From NCBI GenBank assembly GCA_031421755.1, contig JANOPI010000208.1, positions 1 through 54,279 of the forward strand: a stretch of DNA of 54,279 nt, written 5' to 3'. A program made the position numbers and the translations under genes. Shown here in pieces: positions 20,398-29,576 of this stretch. The notes beneath the pieces were generated by a model. The model did not search any database, had not been told where the DNA came from, and saw only the letters and a list, made by a program, of their open reading frames with translations. Origin of the DNA: Flavobacteriales bacterium. GTDB lineage: Bacteria; Bacteroidota; Bacteroidia; Flavobacteriales_F; PHOS-HE28. Numbering within the stretch: the stretch's first letter is position 1; every line of letters begins with the position of its first letter.

Positions 20398-20958
20398 TTA
20401 GATCTCGGGGATGTACGGATTCTCGGAGAACTTGCGGCGCAGATCGCTCAGACGGCGGCTCACGCTGCCATCATATTGCTCATCGCCGATGCGGACGATC
20501 ACGCCGCCGATCAGGCTCGGGTCCACCTTCTCCGAGAGGGTGATGGACTTGCCGGGGAATTTTTCCGCTGCCAATGCGGACACGTTCATGCGCGCCTCTT
20601 CATCGAGCGGCGCTGCACTGGTCACCACACAGGTCACCACGCCGTCATGCACTTTGCGGATCTCCTCGAACGCTTCGGCGATCTCCGGCAGCATGGCTTC
20701 GCGGCCTTTGCGCACCAGAATGCCCATGAAGCTGCTGCTCATGGTGCCGATCTTGCCAGCGAAAATGGCGTCCAGGATCTTGTCCTTCTTGTCGCCTTTG
20801 ACCACTGGGCTCTTCAACAGAAGCACCAGATCCCGGCTGCCCTCGCAGGTATTCGCGATCAGCTGCATGTCCTCCTGCACGGCCACAAGCTGGTTCTGCT
20901 CGATGGCCAATTGCATCAGCGAACGTGCGTAGCGGTAGGCGACAGGAGCGATGTTCAT
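20398..20958 (-). CDS. atpH: F0F1 ATP synthase subunit delta (OSCP).
   Basis: 186 aa, located between atpF and atpA. It shares an ATGA start/stop overlap with atpF and has an OSCP-like sequence (YARSLMQLA...). Confidence 0.85.
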   Translation of the reverse strand: MNIAPVAYRYARSLMQLAIEQNQLVAVQEDMQLIANTCEGSRDLVLLLKSPVVKGDKKDKILDAIFAGKIGTMSSSFMGILVRKGREAMLPEIAEAFEEIRKVHDGVVTCVVTSAAPLDEEARMNVSALAAEKFPGKSITLSEKVDPSLIGGVIVRIGDEQYDGSVSRRLSDLRRKFSENPYIPEI

Positions 20959-21452
20959 GATTTTCGCAGGTCGACTTCGGCCATCACCTTGTCCACGAGT
21001 GCTTTCTGTGCGGCGGCATCACCGAGCTTCTCCTTCAGGATGCGCTCAGCCACTTGCACGCTCAGTTCCGCCACTTGATTGCGGAGTTCCACGATGGCGG
21101 CGTTCTTCTCGTTGCGGATGTCTTCGCGTGCCCGGCCCAGCATGGCGTCGGCTTCGGTCTTGGCCTTGCTTTTCGCATCGCTGATCTCCTTGTCGCGGAT
21201 GTCGCGAGCGTCTTTGAGCAGCACATCGCGCTCGGCCCTTGCCTGGCGCATGATCTCCTCATTGCTGGCGGACATTTTGGCCATGTCATCGCGCATCTTC
21301 TTGGCCTCGTTGAGGGCATCGGCGATGCTCTGTTCACGTGCTTTCACGGCACCGAGGATCGGCTTCCAGGCGAACTTGCTGAGCAAGAACACCACGATGC
21401 CGAAGGAAACGCACATCCAAAAGAGGAGGCCGGGATCGGGTTTTAGCAACAT
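20955..21452 (-). CDS. atpF: F0F1 ATP synthase subunit b.
   Basis: A single N-terminal TM helix followed by a long charged coiled coil. The position in the operon fits. Confidence 0.85.
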   Translation of the reverse strand: MLLKPDPGLLFWMCVSFGIVVFLLSKFAWKPILGAVKAREQSIADALNEAKKMRDDMAKMSASNEEIMRQARAERDVLLKDARDIRDKEISDAKSKAKTEADAMLGRAREDIRNEKNAAIVELRNQVAELSVQVAERILKEKLGDAAAQKALVDKVMAEVDLRKS

Positions 21453-21497
21453 GGCTAAGCCAGGGCGTTAGATGGACCGTGAGAAACGGGAAATCGC

Positions 21498-21818
<321 letters not shown>

Positions 21819-22952
21819 TTAATGATGGTCGTGGTGCGGTTCGGCCACAGCCGTACCGATGTAGATGCTGGTGAGCAGGGTGAAGACGTAGGCCTGCAGC
21901 GCGCCGACCAGGATCTCCAAGCAGTTCACGAAGGTGCCGAAGAGCACGGATGGGATGCTGGCACCAATGCCGCCCGCCATGCTGCCGCTGCCGAAGATGA
22001 AGATCAGGCAGATGAAGACCAGCACCACGATGTGGCCCGCCATGATGTTGGCGAACAGTCGGGCGGTAAGCACCAGCGGGCGCAGGAAGTGCCCCATGAT
22101 CTCGATCGGGGTGAGGATGATGAGCACGCCGACCGGGACGCCGGGCAGAGCGAAAATGTGGCGCCAGTAGTGACGATTGGCGAGAAAGGTCACCATGATC
22201 AAGGTGATCGTGGCAAGAACCAGCGGGATGGCGATGTTGCCCGTGACGTTGGCGCCGAAGGGGAAGATCGGGATCAGGCCGATGATGTTCAGGAACCAGA
22301 TGAAGAAGAACAGGGTGAGGAGGTAGGGTGCGAAACGCATGTACTGCTTCTCGCCGATGTTCGCCTTGGCCACGTCATCGCGGATGAAGAGGATGATCGG
22401 TTCCAGGAAGGAAGCGATGCCTTTCGGAGCGCTTGCTCCACGCTTGGCATAACCCCGGGCCACGCTGATGAAGAGCAGGCACATCAAAGTGCAGCAGAAG
22501 ATGATGGTCACCGCGTTCTTCGTCAGGCTGAAGTCCCAGATAGCGTCGGTGGCGGCCTTGTCCTCGTGCCCAGCGGCGTCAAGGGCTACCACGCGTTTGC
22601 CGGCCATGGCATAGGTGCCGTACTTGCCGGTATAGGTGGTGGGGTGGTGGTGCTCGCCAACGAAACGGGCGCTGCTGAACACCTCGAAGCCGCTTGGCGT
22701 TTTCAGGATGATGGGCAGGGGCAGGTGCGTATGGCCTACGATGTGCCAGTCGTGGCTGTCCCCGATGTGGTCCATGATGAAGGGACCGACCTCGAATTTT
22801 TCGGTATGAACACCCGCGGCCGTGGCCTGATGAGCCTCTTCAGCGCCGTGCTCGTTGGCTTGGAGGCCGATGGAAACAAGCGCTGCAGACAGCAGGAAAG
22901 CCGCGCGCACCAAGGCTTTGTGCAGGATCGCGGCGAGTGTTACCCCCTTCAT
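21819..22952 (-). CDS. atpB: F0F1 ATP synthase subunit a (long Bacteroidota form).
   Basis: Polytopic membrane protein with the essential Arg motif (LTARLFANIMAGH). It sits upstream of atpE. Confidence 0.9.
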   Translation of the reverse strand: MKGVTLAAILHKALVRAAFLLSAALVSIGLQANEHGAEEAHQATAAGVHTEKFEVGPFIMDHIGDSHDWHIVGHTHLPLPIILKTPSGFEVFSSARFVGEHHHPTTYTGKYGTYAMAGKRVVALDAAGHEDKAATDAIWDFSLTKNAVTIIFCCTLMCLLFISVARGYAKRGASAPKGIASFLEPIILFIRDDVAKANIGEKQYMRFAPYLLTLFFFIWFLNIIGLIPIFPFGANVTGNIAIPLVLATITLIMVTFLANRHYWRHIFALPGVPVGVLIILTPIEIMGHFLRPLVLTARLFANIMAGHIVVLVFICLIFIFGSGSMAGGIGASIPSVLFGTFVNCLEILVGALQAYVFTLLTSIYIGTAVAEPHHDHH

Positions 22953-23009
22953 TGCGGCCGCGAAAGTAGGTACTGGGGCCGAACGGCCAAACCCTTGGGA
23001 AAAAACGGA

Positions 23010-23255
23010 TCAACCGTCCTTCTTCAGCGAACGGGCCACAGACCAGATCGCCCCGGTAAGTGCGGCCAAAAGGAGGAGGATCGTGAATAGCGGGAACTTC
23101 CAGCCAACGAGGCCATCGAGCCACCTGCCACCCCAGACGGAAAGCGCGATCACAGCCGCCATTTGGAAGGCCAACCCACCATAGCGGGCATAGTTCTTCG
23201 CCGGGGTGGTGATCTCCTCCAGTTCGTCCTTGTCGATACCGTCGTCGATCTTCAT
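23010..23255 (-). CDS. AtpZ/AtpI-family small membrane protein.
   Basis: 81 aa with two TM helices (GGLAFQMAAVIALSVWGGRWLD...). It lies immediately upstream of atpB. Confidence 0.7.
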   Translation of the reverse strand: MKIDDGIDKDELEEITTPAKNYARYGGLAFQMAAVIALSVWGGRWLDGLVGWKFPLFTILLLLAALTGAIWSVARSLKKDG

Positions 23256-23258
23256 GCG

Positions 23259-23636
23259 CTAGAGCTTTGGGGAGCGCATCAGTTTCATCAAGCGTGAAAC
23301 GCTGAAGGTGGTAAAGATCACATAGAGGCCCACGAAGGTGATCACCATCGGCGTGGTCAGTTCAGGAGGTGCCGTTTTCACCAGGATGACCATCAGGACA
23401 ACGGACCCCATCAGCTTGATGGTGAGCCCTGCCAAGAAGCGCCGGATGAAAACATTGGTCTGGTCGGCCACGCTTTCCTGCCAACGCAAGAGCATCGCGG
23501 TAACCACGAGGAAGTACCCCAAGAGCAGACCGTAGCGCCAATCGAAAGGCTTTCCTGCCAAGTGAAGACCGCCGACCAAACAGGCGGCGGCCAAAGCTCC
23601 GAGGAGCATGATGGAGCCGAGCGGGGAATTGCGCAC
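23259..23636 (-). CDS. Hypothetical polytopic membrane protein associated with the atp operon.
   Basis: 125 aa with about 4 hydrophobic helices. A 3-nt gap separates it from atpZ and a 6-nt gap separates it from the upstream bactofilin gene. Confidence 0.6.
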   Translation of the reverse strand: MRNSPLGSIMLLGALAAACLVGGLHLAGKPFDWRYGLLLGYFLVVTAMLLRWQESVADQTNVFIRRFLAGLTIKLMGSVVLMVILVKTAPPELTTPMVITFVGLYVIFTTFSVSRLMKLMRSPKL

Positions 23637-23642
23637 CGCGAC

Positions 23643-24092
23643 TTAACGAGCGGCTTGTGCGGATGCTTCCACGCGCTGGGCGTCTGAGCGCATACCTGGG
23701 CTCATCTCCTTCAGCACCCCGCCGCCCATGCTGCAGTTGCCGGTGAAAATGGCGCCCGGCTCGATGGCCAGTTTTTTCGTGTTGATATCCCCCGTGAGCT
23801 TGGCCGTGGCCTTTAAGCTCAACAGGTCCTGGCAGGTGATCTTGCCGTTCACGGTGCCTTCGATATCACTGCTTTGGCAGGTCACATCACCTTCCACCAC
23901 ACCACTGGCGCCCACGATCAGGCGGCCACGCACATTGATAGTGCCTTTCACGCGGCCATCAATGCGGATGTTGCTGTCGCTCTTGATCTCCCCCTCAATG
24001 GAGGTGCCCTCCATGATGCTGTTGATCTTGCCGTTGGTAACGGGTTCCATGGGCTTGCTCATGGGTTCAGCTGGTTTATCGTTCCGGAACAT
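23643..24092 (-). CDS. Bactofilin-family (polymer-forming cytoskeletal, DUF583) protein.
   Basis: Beta-helical repeat pattern: IEGEIKSDSNIRIDGRVKGTINVRGRLIVGASGVVEGDVTCQSSDIEGTVNGKITC...KLTGDI. Confidence 0.8.
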   Translation of the reverse strand: MFRNDKPAEPMSKPMEPVTNGKINSIMEGTSIEGEIKSDSNIRIDGRVKGTINVRGRLIVGASGVVEGDVTCQSSDIEGTVNGKITCQDLLSLKATAKLTGDINTKKLAIEPGAIFTGNCSMGGGVLKEMSPGMRSDAQRVEASAQAAR

Positions 24093-24225
24093 GGAGGTGG
24101 CTTAAAAAGGATCCGGGAGCTTGTTGGAGGGGCGAAGTTAAGCGCCTCAGTCACTTGTCCTTACACGCCGGTTCTGGATCCGTCCAAAGGGTTGGGCGGG
24201 CCGATGTACGAGAGGCCGAGGTCGC

Positions 24226-26856
24226 TCACTGGCCTTGGAGGTAGTTTTCCGAGAAGAACGAGGCGTATGCGTCGATATCCTTGTCCTTGTAAAAGGTAGC
24301 GAAGTTCGCCGTGCTTATCGCGAAGGTGACGTGCCCGGCGTCGTTCAAGCCGCTCAGGGTGGGCGTAGCCATGAAGAGGTTATAGTATTCCATGGCCTTG
24401 GCCTTGTTGGCGAAGGGGCCCACCTTGATGATCTGGTTGTTTGCGTCGAGCACGCTGGCGTCAACCTGCAATGGCTGGCTGGGGAAGTTGGCCTGGTTGA
24501 AATCGCTGATCCGAGCTTTTGGCGGGTCCACTGGCCCAACGGCATTGGGGAACAGGAGGGCCACGAAATGCGGGCCATCGGTGGGGCTGTATTGGGGTGC
24601 GGCCACCACATCGGGGGGTGCACTTCCATTCGGGGTGGCGCTAGCGCCCTTGTCCAGGGTGGCCATGATATCGGCTGCGGCTTTGGCTTCATCGCTGCCG
24701 GGGAACTTCGACAGCACCTCCGCGAGCGCCGTGCGGAAGGCCTGGGCTTCGCGGGTACCGCCGATAGCCATGGCCTTCAGTAGATGGTACTTGGGCAGCA
24801 GGTGGTTTTTTGGCGTTTCGGTGATCACGAAGGTGCAGGTGGCGATCACCGGGAAGTAGGATCGTTCCCTGTACTGGCGGTAGACCTCCACGTAGTCGGA
24901 TTCTTCCTTCTTCTTGCGCTCCTCGTCGGCCATCAGCTGGTTCGGGTCGCGCACCAGGCGGGCGAACTCACTGTCAGGCCAGCGCTCTTGGATGATATCC
25001 GCATAGTACGCTGAGCCTCTGCCCTCGAAGTCCACGAAGCCGGTCTTCTCCTTGGCGAGGTAGATCCGGTACAGTTGGTAGTAGCTCTCGGCCGTGTACT
25101 GGCATTCATCGAAGCGGCTGTTGAGGACCTGGAAGCTCTCGATGGCGGCGTCGATGTCCTTGAGCTTTTCCTTGTAGATGGTCCCCGAGATGTAGAGTGC
25201 CGAGCAGATCTTGATATTGCTGGCCTCCAGTGCGACGCTGTCGACCGGCACGTCTTTCATGTAGCTCTCGGGATCTTTCCAAGCGGGCTCTCCGTCCTTG
25301 CCGTCCTTCGCTACTTCTGAGCTGTCATTCTCAAGCTCCTCCGGTTCTTCGGCGAATGCTGAGCCGGCCTTGTCCTTGCGGCGCCACTCATCCTCATTGG
25401 TCCGGGTGCCCCATTTCTTTTTGAATTCGGCCGATCCGCGGGAGATCTGCGTAGGGTTATAGAAGTACCAGGCCGTGGAGTTGTTGCCTCCGGGCTGTGG
25501 CTTTGGGTTGTCCTTGCCAGTGGTGGACTCCACCTCGCGGGCCGCGGCTTCGGCGGCTTCCTTGTCGTCCTCTTCGCGCTGGCGCTCCTTGATGCGCTGT
25601 TTGATGAGCTTCTCCTGCTCCTCTTTGGGGAGTTTGGCGAACGCCTGAACACTGTCCTCGAAGGCGATGATATCGAGCTGTTCGACCAGTTCGTTCAGTA
25701 CGTCCGCGCGCGTATTCACTTCTTCGAAGCGCTTGTGCGTCTCTGCCAGCAAGCTGCGTGTACTGTCATAATACTGCTGGGCCGAGGGGTATTTCTTGTC
25801 ATCGAAATAGAGATCCGCCAGCTTCAGGAAGCTCTTGGCTTTCTGCTTCGTGTCGATGGTGCTCACCCTGGCGCTGGTCTTCAGGTGGGCGATGCCGGTG
25901 GAGTCCTTGTTCTCTTTCAGATCGATATCCGCCATGGCGTACTCGATCATGTCATAGTGGTCCTTGTTCTTCTCGTCCTTGCGCATCCGCTTCAGCTTCT
26001 TGCGGAGCTGGGTGCTGTTGCCGCGGTCGAAGGAGAGTGCCTGGAAGATCTCAGCGTGGAACCCGAGCTCGTAGGGCGGATGGCTTCGGGCCACCTTCTT
26101 GAACTGGGCGATGGCCTTCTCCTCCATGCCTTTGGCCATGTAGAGCTGGGCCAGGATGAACATCCATCGGGTCTTCTGGGTGCGGTTCCGGGCGATCTCC
26201 GAGGCGTGCTCCAGGTCGACGATGGCATCGTCCACCTTGCCGCGCTTCAGGTTCACGTCCGCCTGGATGGCGCTGAGCTGATCGTGCGGGAATTTCTTGG
26301 GAAGTTCCTTCTGGTTCTTCACCTCGTCGAGCGCGCTCTGGGCCTTGGCGTATTGCTCGTTCTGGATGGCGGTGCGTGCGGACCAGAGTTTGCTTTCCAA
26401 TTGGCGGTCCTGCCCTTTGAAGCGGCGGCCCGCGAATTCGAACGTGCGTTCGGCGTCGAAATAGGCCCGTTTGTAGAAATGGCTCTTACCGATAACGAAG
26501 TAGGCGTCGTCGATCCAGGTGTTGGTCTCGCCTTTACCATTGTCCATGGAGTGCCGCTCGATCACAACACTGCACTTTTCGATGCACTTCTCCAGGTCCG
26601 GCACCAACCCCTTGGCCTGTTCCTCGGTTCCGTAGATGAAGATGGGCAGCACCTCGTCGTAGTCGTCCACGTAGGCCTTTTCCATGGCCGCCACGGTCTC
26701 CTTCAGTTTCTCGTTGGCGTTGAACCACCCGTTGTCCCGGGCGGTGAGGCGGTGGTACGTACGGTTCAGGAAGGCATCCTTCTCCGTGGAGCACGCCGCG
26801 ATGAGGACCACGATAAGCGCCAGCAGGAGGTTGCGGGGGAGAGGGGAGCGGTTCAC
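24226..26856 (-). CDS. TPR-repeat lipoprotein, probable T9SS component SprE/PorW.
   Basis: Lipobox LIAAC, then STEKDAFLNRTYHRLTARDNGWFNANE. TPR-like helices, a charged linker and the WYFYNPTQISRGSAEFKKKWGTRTNEDEWRR block that I associate with SprE/PorW. At 876 aa it is close to F. johnsoniae SprE in size. This assignment is from memory, not from a search. Confidence 0.6.
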   Translation of the reverse strand: MNRSPLPRNLLLALIVVLIAACSTEKDAFLNRTYHRLTARDNGWFNANEKLKETVAAMEKAYVDDYDEVLPIFIYGTEEQAKGLVPDLEKCIEKCSVVIERHSMDNGKGETNTWIDDAYFVIGKSHFYKRAYFDAERTFEFAGRRFKGQDRQLESKLWSARTAIQNEQYAKAQSALDEVKNQKELPKKFPHDQLSAIQADVNLKRGKVDDAIVDLEHASEIARNRTQKTRWMFILAQLYMAKGMEEKAIAQFKKVARSHPPYELGFHAEIFQALSFDRGNSTQLRKKLKRMRKDEKNKDHYDMIEYAMADIDLKENKDSTGIAHLKTSARVSTIDTKQKAKSFLKLADLYFDDKKYPSAQQYYDSTRSLLAETHKRFEEVNTRADVLNELVEQLDIIAFEDSVQAFAKLPKEEQEKLIKQRIKERQREEDDKEAAEAAAREVESTTGKDNPKPQPGGNNSTAWYFYNPTQISRGSAEFKKKWGTRTNEDEWRRKDKAGSAFAEEPEELENDSSEVAKDGKDGEPAWKDPESYMKDVPVDSVALEASNIKICSALYISGTIYKEKLKDIDAAIESFQVLNSRFDECQYTAESYYQLYRIYLAKEKTGFVDFEGRGSAYYADIIQERWPDSEFARLVRDPNQLMADEERKKKEESDYVEVYRQYRERSYFPVIATCTFVITETPKNHLLPKYHLLKAMAIGGTREAQAFRTALAEVLSKFPGSDEAKAAADIMATLDKGASATPNGSAPPDVVAAPQYSPTDGPHFVALLFPNAVGPVDPPKARISDFNQANFPSQPLQVDASVLDANNQIIKVGPFANKAKAMEYYNLFMATPTLSGLNDAGHVTFAISTANFATFYKDKDIDAYASFFSENYLQGQ

Positions 26857-27079
26857 GGCAGGGAAGACGTGCGTCTACAACAGAAAGGCCGCCAAGTTAT
26901 TTCATTAGGCGTGAGCTCGCGGTCAGCTTTCGGCCACTTGCCGCTGGCGGGTCCGCCGCCCAAGGGGCAGGTCAGGCTATAGCTCCGCGAAAGTGGCATA
27001 TGGCAAGCGGATCCTCGTCCGCCAAGTACAAGCAGCCCATGGCCTTGGACGTGGAAGGCTGCCCCTACATTCGTCCGCG

Positions 27080-27961
27080 ATGGCTGAACGGCGACCCGCG
27101 CGCAAGCGTACGTTCTTGGGCCGGTTGAAGGATAAGTACCGGCTTTCACTGGTGAACGAGACCTCCTTTGAGGAGCGGCTCAGCTTCAGGTTGTCGCGGA
27201 TCAACGTGATCCTGCTGGGTACCGTGGCGTTCCTGTTCTGTGCAATGCTGGTCACTTCGTTCATCGTGTTCACGCCGGTGAAACGGCTGATCCCCGGCTA
27301 TTCGGACCAACGAACGAAGCTGGACGCTTACAGGGCCACTATGTTGGCCGATTCACTGCAAGGGGCCTTGGGGGTTCGCGATCTGTACATCGCCAACCTG
27401 CGCAACGTGCTGAGCGGTGACCTGCCAGCGGACAGCGCCACACTCTTCCGGCCGATCACCGTGGCCCCCGGCCCGGAGGACCTGAAACCCGGGCTGGCGG
27501 ACAGCCTGCTGCGCGAACGGGTTCGGCGGGACGAGGCATACAGCGTGCAGGAGCAGTCCGGTGCCGTGGCCGAGCATGCCGGGCTGTCGGGCATTTTCTT
27601 TTTCCCGCCTCTTCGCGGGGTGGTCACCGACACGTTCGATCTGGACAAGGGGCACTTCGGGATGGACATCGTTACCCGGGCGGATGATGCAGTGAAGGCT
27701 TGCTTAGAGGGCACGGTGATCCTTTCGAGTTGGACAAGCGATGGTGGATACGTGATGCATGTGCAGCACGCCGGCAACCTGGTGAGCGTGTACAAGCACA
27801 ACGCTGTCCTTTTGCGCGAGCAGGGGGACCGGGTGAAAGCGGGCGAGGCCATCGCGATCGTCGGCAATAGCGGAGAGCTTACATCAGGACCACACCTGCA
27901 CTTCGAACTGTGGCACCGCGGCGAGCCGGTGGACCCGCGGGCTTACATGGTGTTCAAATGA
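27080..27961 (+). CDS. M23-family (LytM-type) metallopeptidase with an N-terminal membrane anchor.
   Basis: C-terminal motifs GMDIV...G.V......GGYV..V.H.....SVYKH...L...GD.V..G..I..VGNSGE.TSGPHLHFELW. The ORF is open from 26993, but MAERRPARKR at 27080 followed by a TM helix is the likelier start. Confidence 0.85.
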   Translation: MAERRPARKRTFLGRLKDKYRLSLVNETSFEERLSFRLSRINVILLGTVAFLFCAMLVTSFIVFTPVKRLIPGYSDQRTKLDAYRATMLADSLQGALGVRDLYIANLRNVLSGDLPADSATLFRPITVAPGPEDLKPGLADSLLRERVRRDEAYSVQEQSGAVAEHAGLSGIFFFPPLRGVVTDTFDLDKGHFGMDIVTRADDAVKACLEGTVILSSWTSDGGYVMHVQHAGNLVSVYKHNAVLLREQGDRVKAGEAIAIVGNSGELTSGPHLHFELWHRGEPVDPRAYMVFK

Positions 27962-27966
27962 ACCTC

Positions 27967-28048
27967 GCGTTGTCAGTTGTCGGTTGCTGGTTGTCCGGCG
28001 TTGTGTGCGGCAGACCGACAACCGACAACCGACAACCGACAACCGCGC
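27967..28048 (+). repeat. Long imperfect hairpin built from heptad repeats (TTGTCGG-like x4, 16-nt loop, CCGACAA x4). It fills the M23-GH3 intergenic region.
   Basis: The right arm (28015-28042) is four perfect CCGACAA units. The left arm (27970-27998) is TTGTCAG TTGTCGG TTGCTGG TTGTCCGG. Flanking GCG/CGC also pair. The GH3 ATG lies 2 nt after the stem. Confidence 0.8.
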
Positions 28049-28049
28049 G

Positions 28050-29576
28050 ATGAGCCTCAAAGCCTCCCTCAGCAAACCGTACGCGCAGTGGGTCACCAAG
28101 CGCGTGATGCGACATGCGATGGACGGGGTGGGCGCGCAGGAGAAGGTGCTGCGGATGTTGATGCGCTCGGCGGCGGGCACATCCTTCGGGAAGGACCACC
28201 GGTTCAGTGAAGTGTCCGACCATGCGTCGCTCGAGGCTGCGGTTCCACTTCGGGATTACGAGGGCTTCCGTCCGTACATCGACCGCATCGCGGCGGGCGA
28301 GCGCGAGGTGCTCTGGCCCGGCCAGCCGCTCTACCTATGCAAGACCAGTGGCACCACCAGTGGTGCGAAGTACATCCCCATCACGCGACAGAGCTTGCCG
28401 AACCACATCAACAGCGCGCGCAATGCGCTGCTCAGCTACATCGCGCATACCGGCAATACGGCATTCGTTGATGGCAAGATGATCTTCCTGCAGGGCAGCC
28501 CGGTGCTGGACAAGAAGGGCGCGATCCCGACCGGAAGGCTCAGCGGCATCGTTGCCAACCATGTACCCGTCTATTTGCAGCGCAACAGGTTGCCGCGTTA
28601 CGCGACCAACACCATCGCTGATTGGGAAACGAAGGTGGAAGCCATCGTGGGTGAAACGATGACCGAGGACATGCGCCTCATCAGCGGTATTCCCGCGTGG
28701 ACGCAGATGTACTTCGAGCGCTTGCTGGCACGAACAGGCAAACGGAACGTGAAAGAGGTCTTTCCCCGTTTCTCGCTGTTCGTGTACGGTGGTGTGAACT
28801 ACGCGCCCTACCGCGACCGGATGCGTACGCTCATCGGCGGCGAGGTAGACAGCATCGAACTCTTCCCTGCCAGCGAGGGCTTCATCGCCTACCAGGACCG
28901 CCACGATGAAGAGGGCTTGTTGCTGGTCGTGGACAACGGCATCTACTACGAGTTCATCCCCCAAGGCGGACCGCCGGGCACTAGCCCGGCCGGTAGTCGA
29001 GCCTCCCGCATTCCCTTGGCCGACGTCCAGCTCGGCATCAACTACGCCCTCGTCCTCCACACCAACGCGGGGCTCTGGGGCTACGAGATCGGCGATACCA
29101 TGCGCTTCGTATCACTGTCCCCGCCACGCATCGTGGTCACGGGCCGCACGAAGCACTTCACCAGTGCGTTCGGGGAGCACGTGATCGCGGAAGAGGTCGA
29201 AGGCGCATTGAAGGAAGCGATGGCCGAGATGCCCTGCGAGGTGAGTGAATTCACGGTCGCACCGCAGACCTCGCCGGGCGAAGGGCTGCCCTACCACGAA
29301 TGGTTCATCGAGTTCGCGGCCTCGCCCGCCGACCTGTCGCGTTTCGCCGCGTTGCTCGATGCGGCCATGGTGAAGCGCAACGTCTACTACAAGGACCTCA
29401 TCGCCGGGAGCGTGCTGCGGCCGTTGGTGGTAACCGTGGTCGCGCGCGGCGGCTTCACCCGTTGGATGAAGGCGCGGGGCATGAACGATGCGCAGAGCAA
29501 GGTTCCCCGGTTGGCGAATGACAGGAAATATGTCGAAGGGTTGGGGGCTGACGATCATGGCCGATCCGCCGGATGA
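28050..29576 (+). CDS. GH3 (auxin-responsive promoter) family adenylate-forming protein.
   Basis: KTSGTTSGAKYIP adenylation motif, overall GH3-like layout, about 508 aa. The ATG at 28050 (MSLKASL) is preferred over the ORF-track start at 27984, which lies inside the intergenic hairpin. Confidence 0.8.
   Translation: MSLKASLSKPYAQWVTKRVMRHAMDGVGAQEKVLRMLMRSAAGTSFGKDHRFSEVSDHASLEAAVPLRDYEGFRPYIDRIAAGEREVLWPGQPLYLCKTSGTTSGAKYIPITRQSLPNHINSARNALLSYIAHTGNTAFVDGKMIFLQGSPVLDKKGAIPTGRLSGIVANHVPVYLQRNRLPRYATNTIADWETKVEAIVGETMTEDMRLISGIPAWTQMYFERLLARTGKRNVKEVFPRFSLFVYGGVNYAPYRDRMRTLIGGEVDSIELFPASEGFIAYQDRHDEEGLLLVVDNGIYYEFIPQGGPPGTSPAGSRASRIPLADVQLGINYALVLHTNAGLWGYEIGDTMRFVSLSPPRIVVTGRTKHFTSAFGEHVIAEEVEGALKEAMAEMPCEVSEFTVAPQTSPGEGLPYHEWFIEFAASPADLSRFAALLDAAMVKRNVYYKDLIAGSVLRPLVVTVVARGGFTRWMKARGMNDAQSKVPRLANDRKYVEGLGADDHGRSAG
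28968..28991 (+). repeat. Family-2 hairpin element, in-frame inside the GH3 gene.
   Basis: GGACCGCCGGGC-ACTA-GCCCGGCC has a perfect 7-bp stem (GCCGGGC/GCCCGGC) and encodes GPPGTSPA. Confidence 0.7.

Noticed and set aside
18907-21078. A 723-aa + strand ORF, with a related one at 18001..18804.
   Set aside because: It is antisense to atpA/atpH/atpG, which carry unmistakable ATP synthase motifs. The ORF itself is low-complexity and rich in Ala, Gly, His and Leu, typical of high-GC antisense frames.
26829-26850. GGGGGAGAGGGGAGCGG at the 5' end of the SprE/PorW-like gene (encoding SPLPR), resembling one arm of the family-1 element.
   Set aside because: Only one arm is present, with no partner and no GGGGTGAGG tail. 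It may be a relic but cannot be supported.
25735-26982. A 415-aa + strand ORF.
   Set aside because: It is antisense to the SprE/PorW-like lipoprotein gene, which has a lipobox, TPR helices and conserved blocks.
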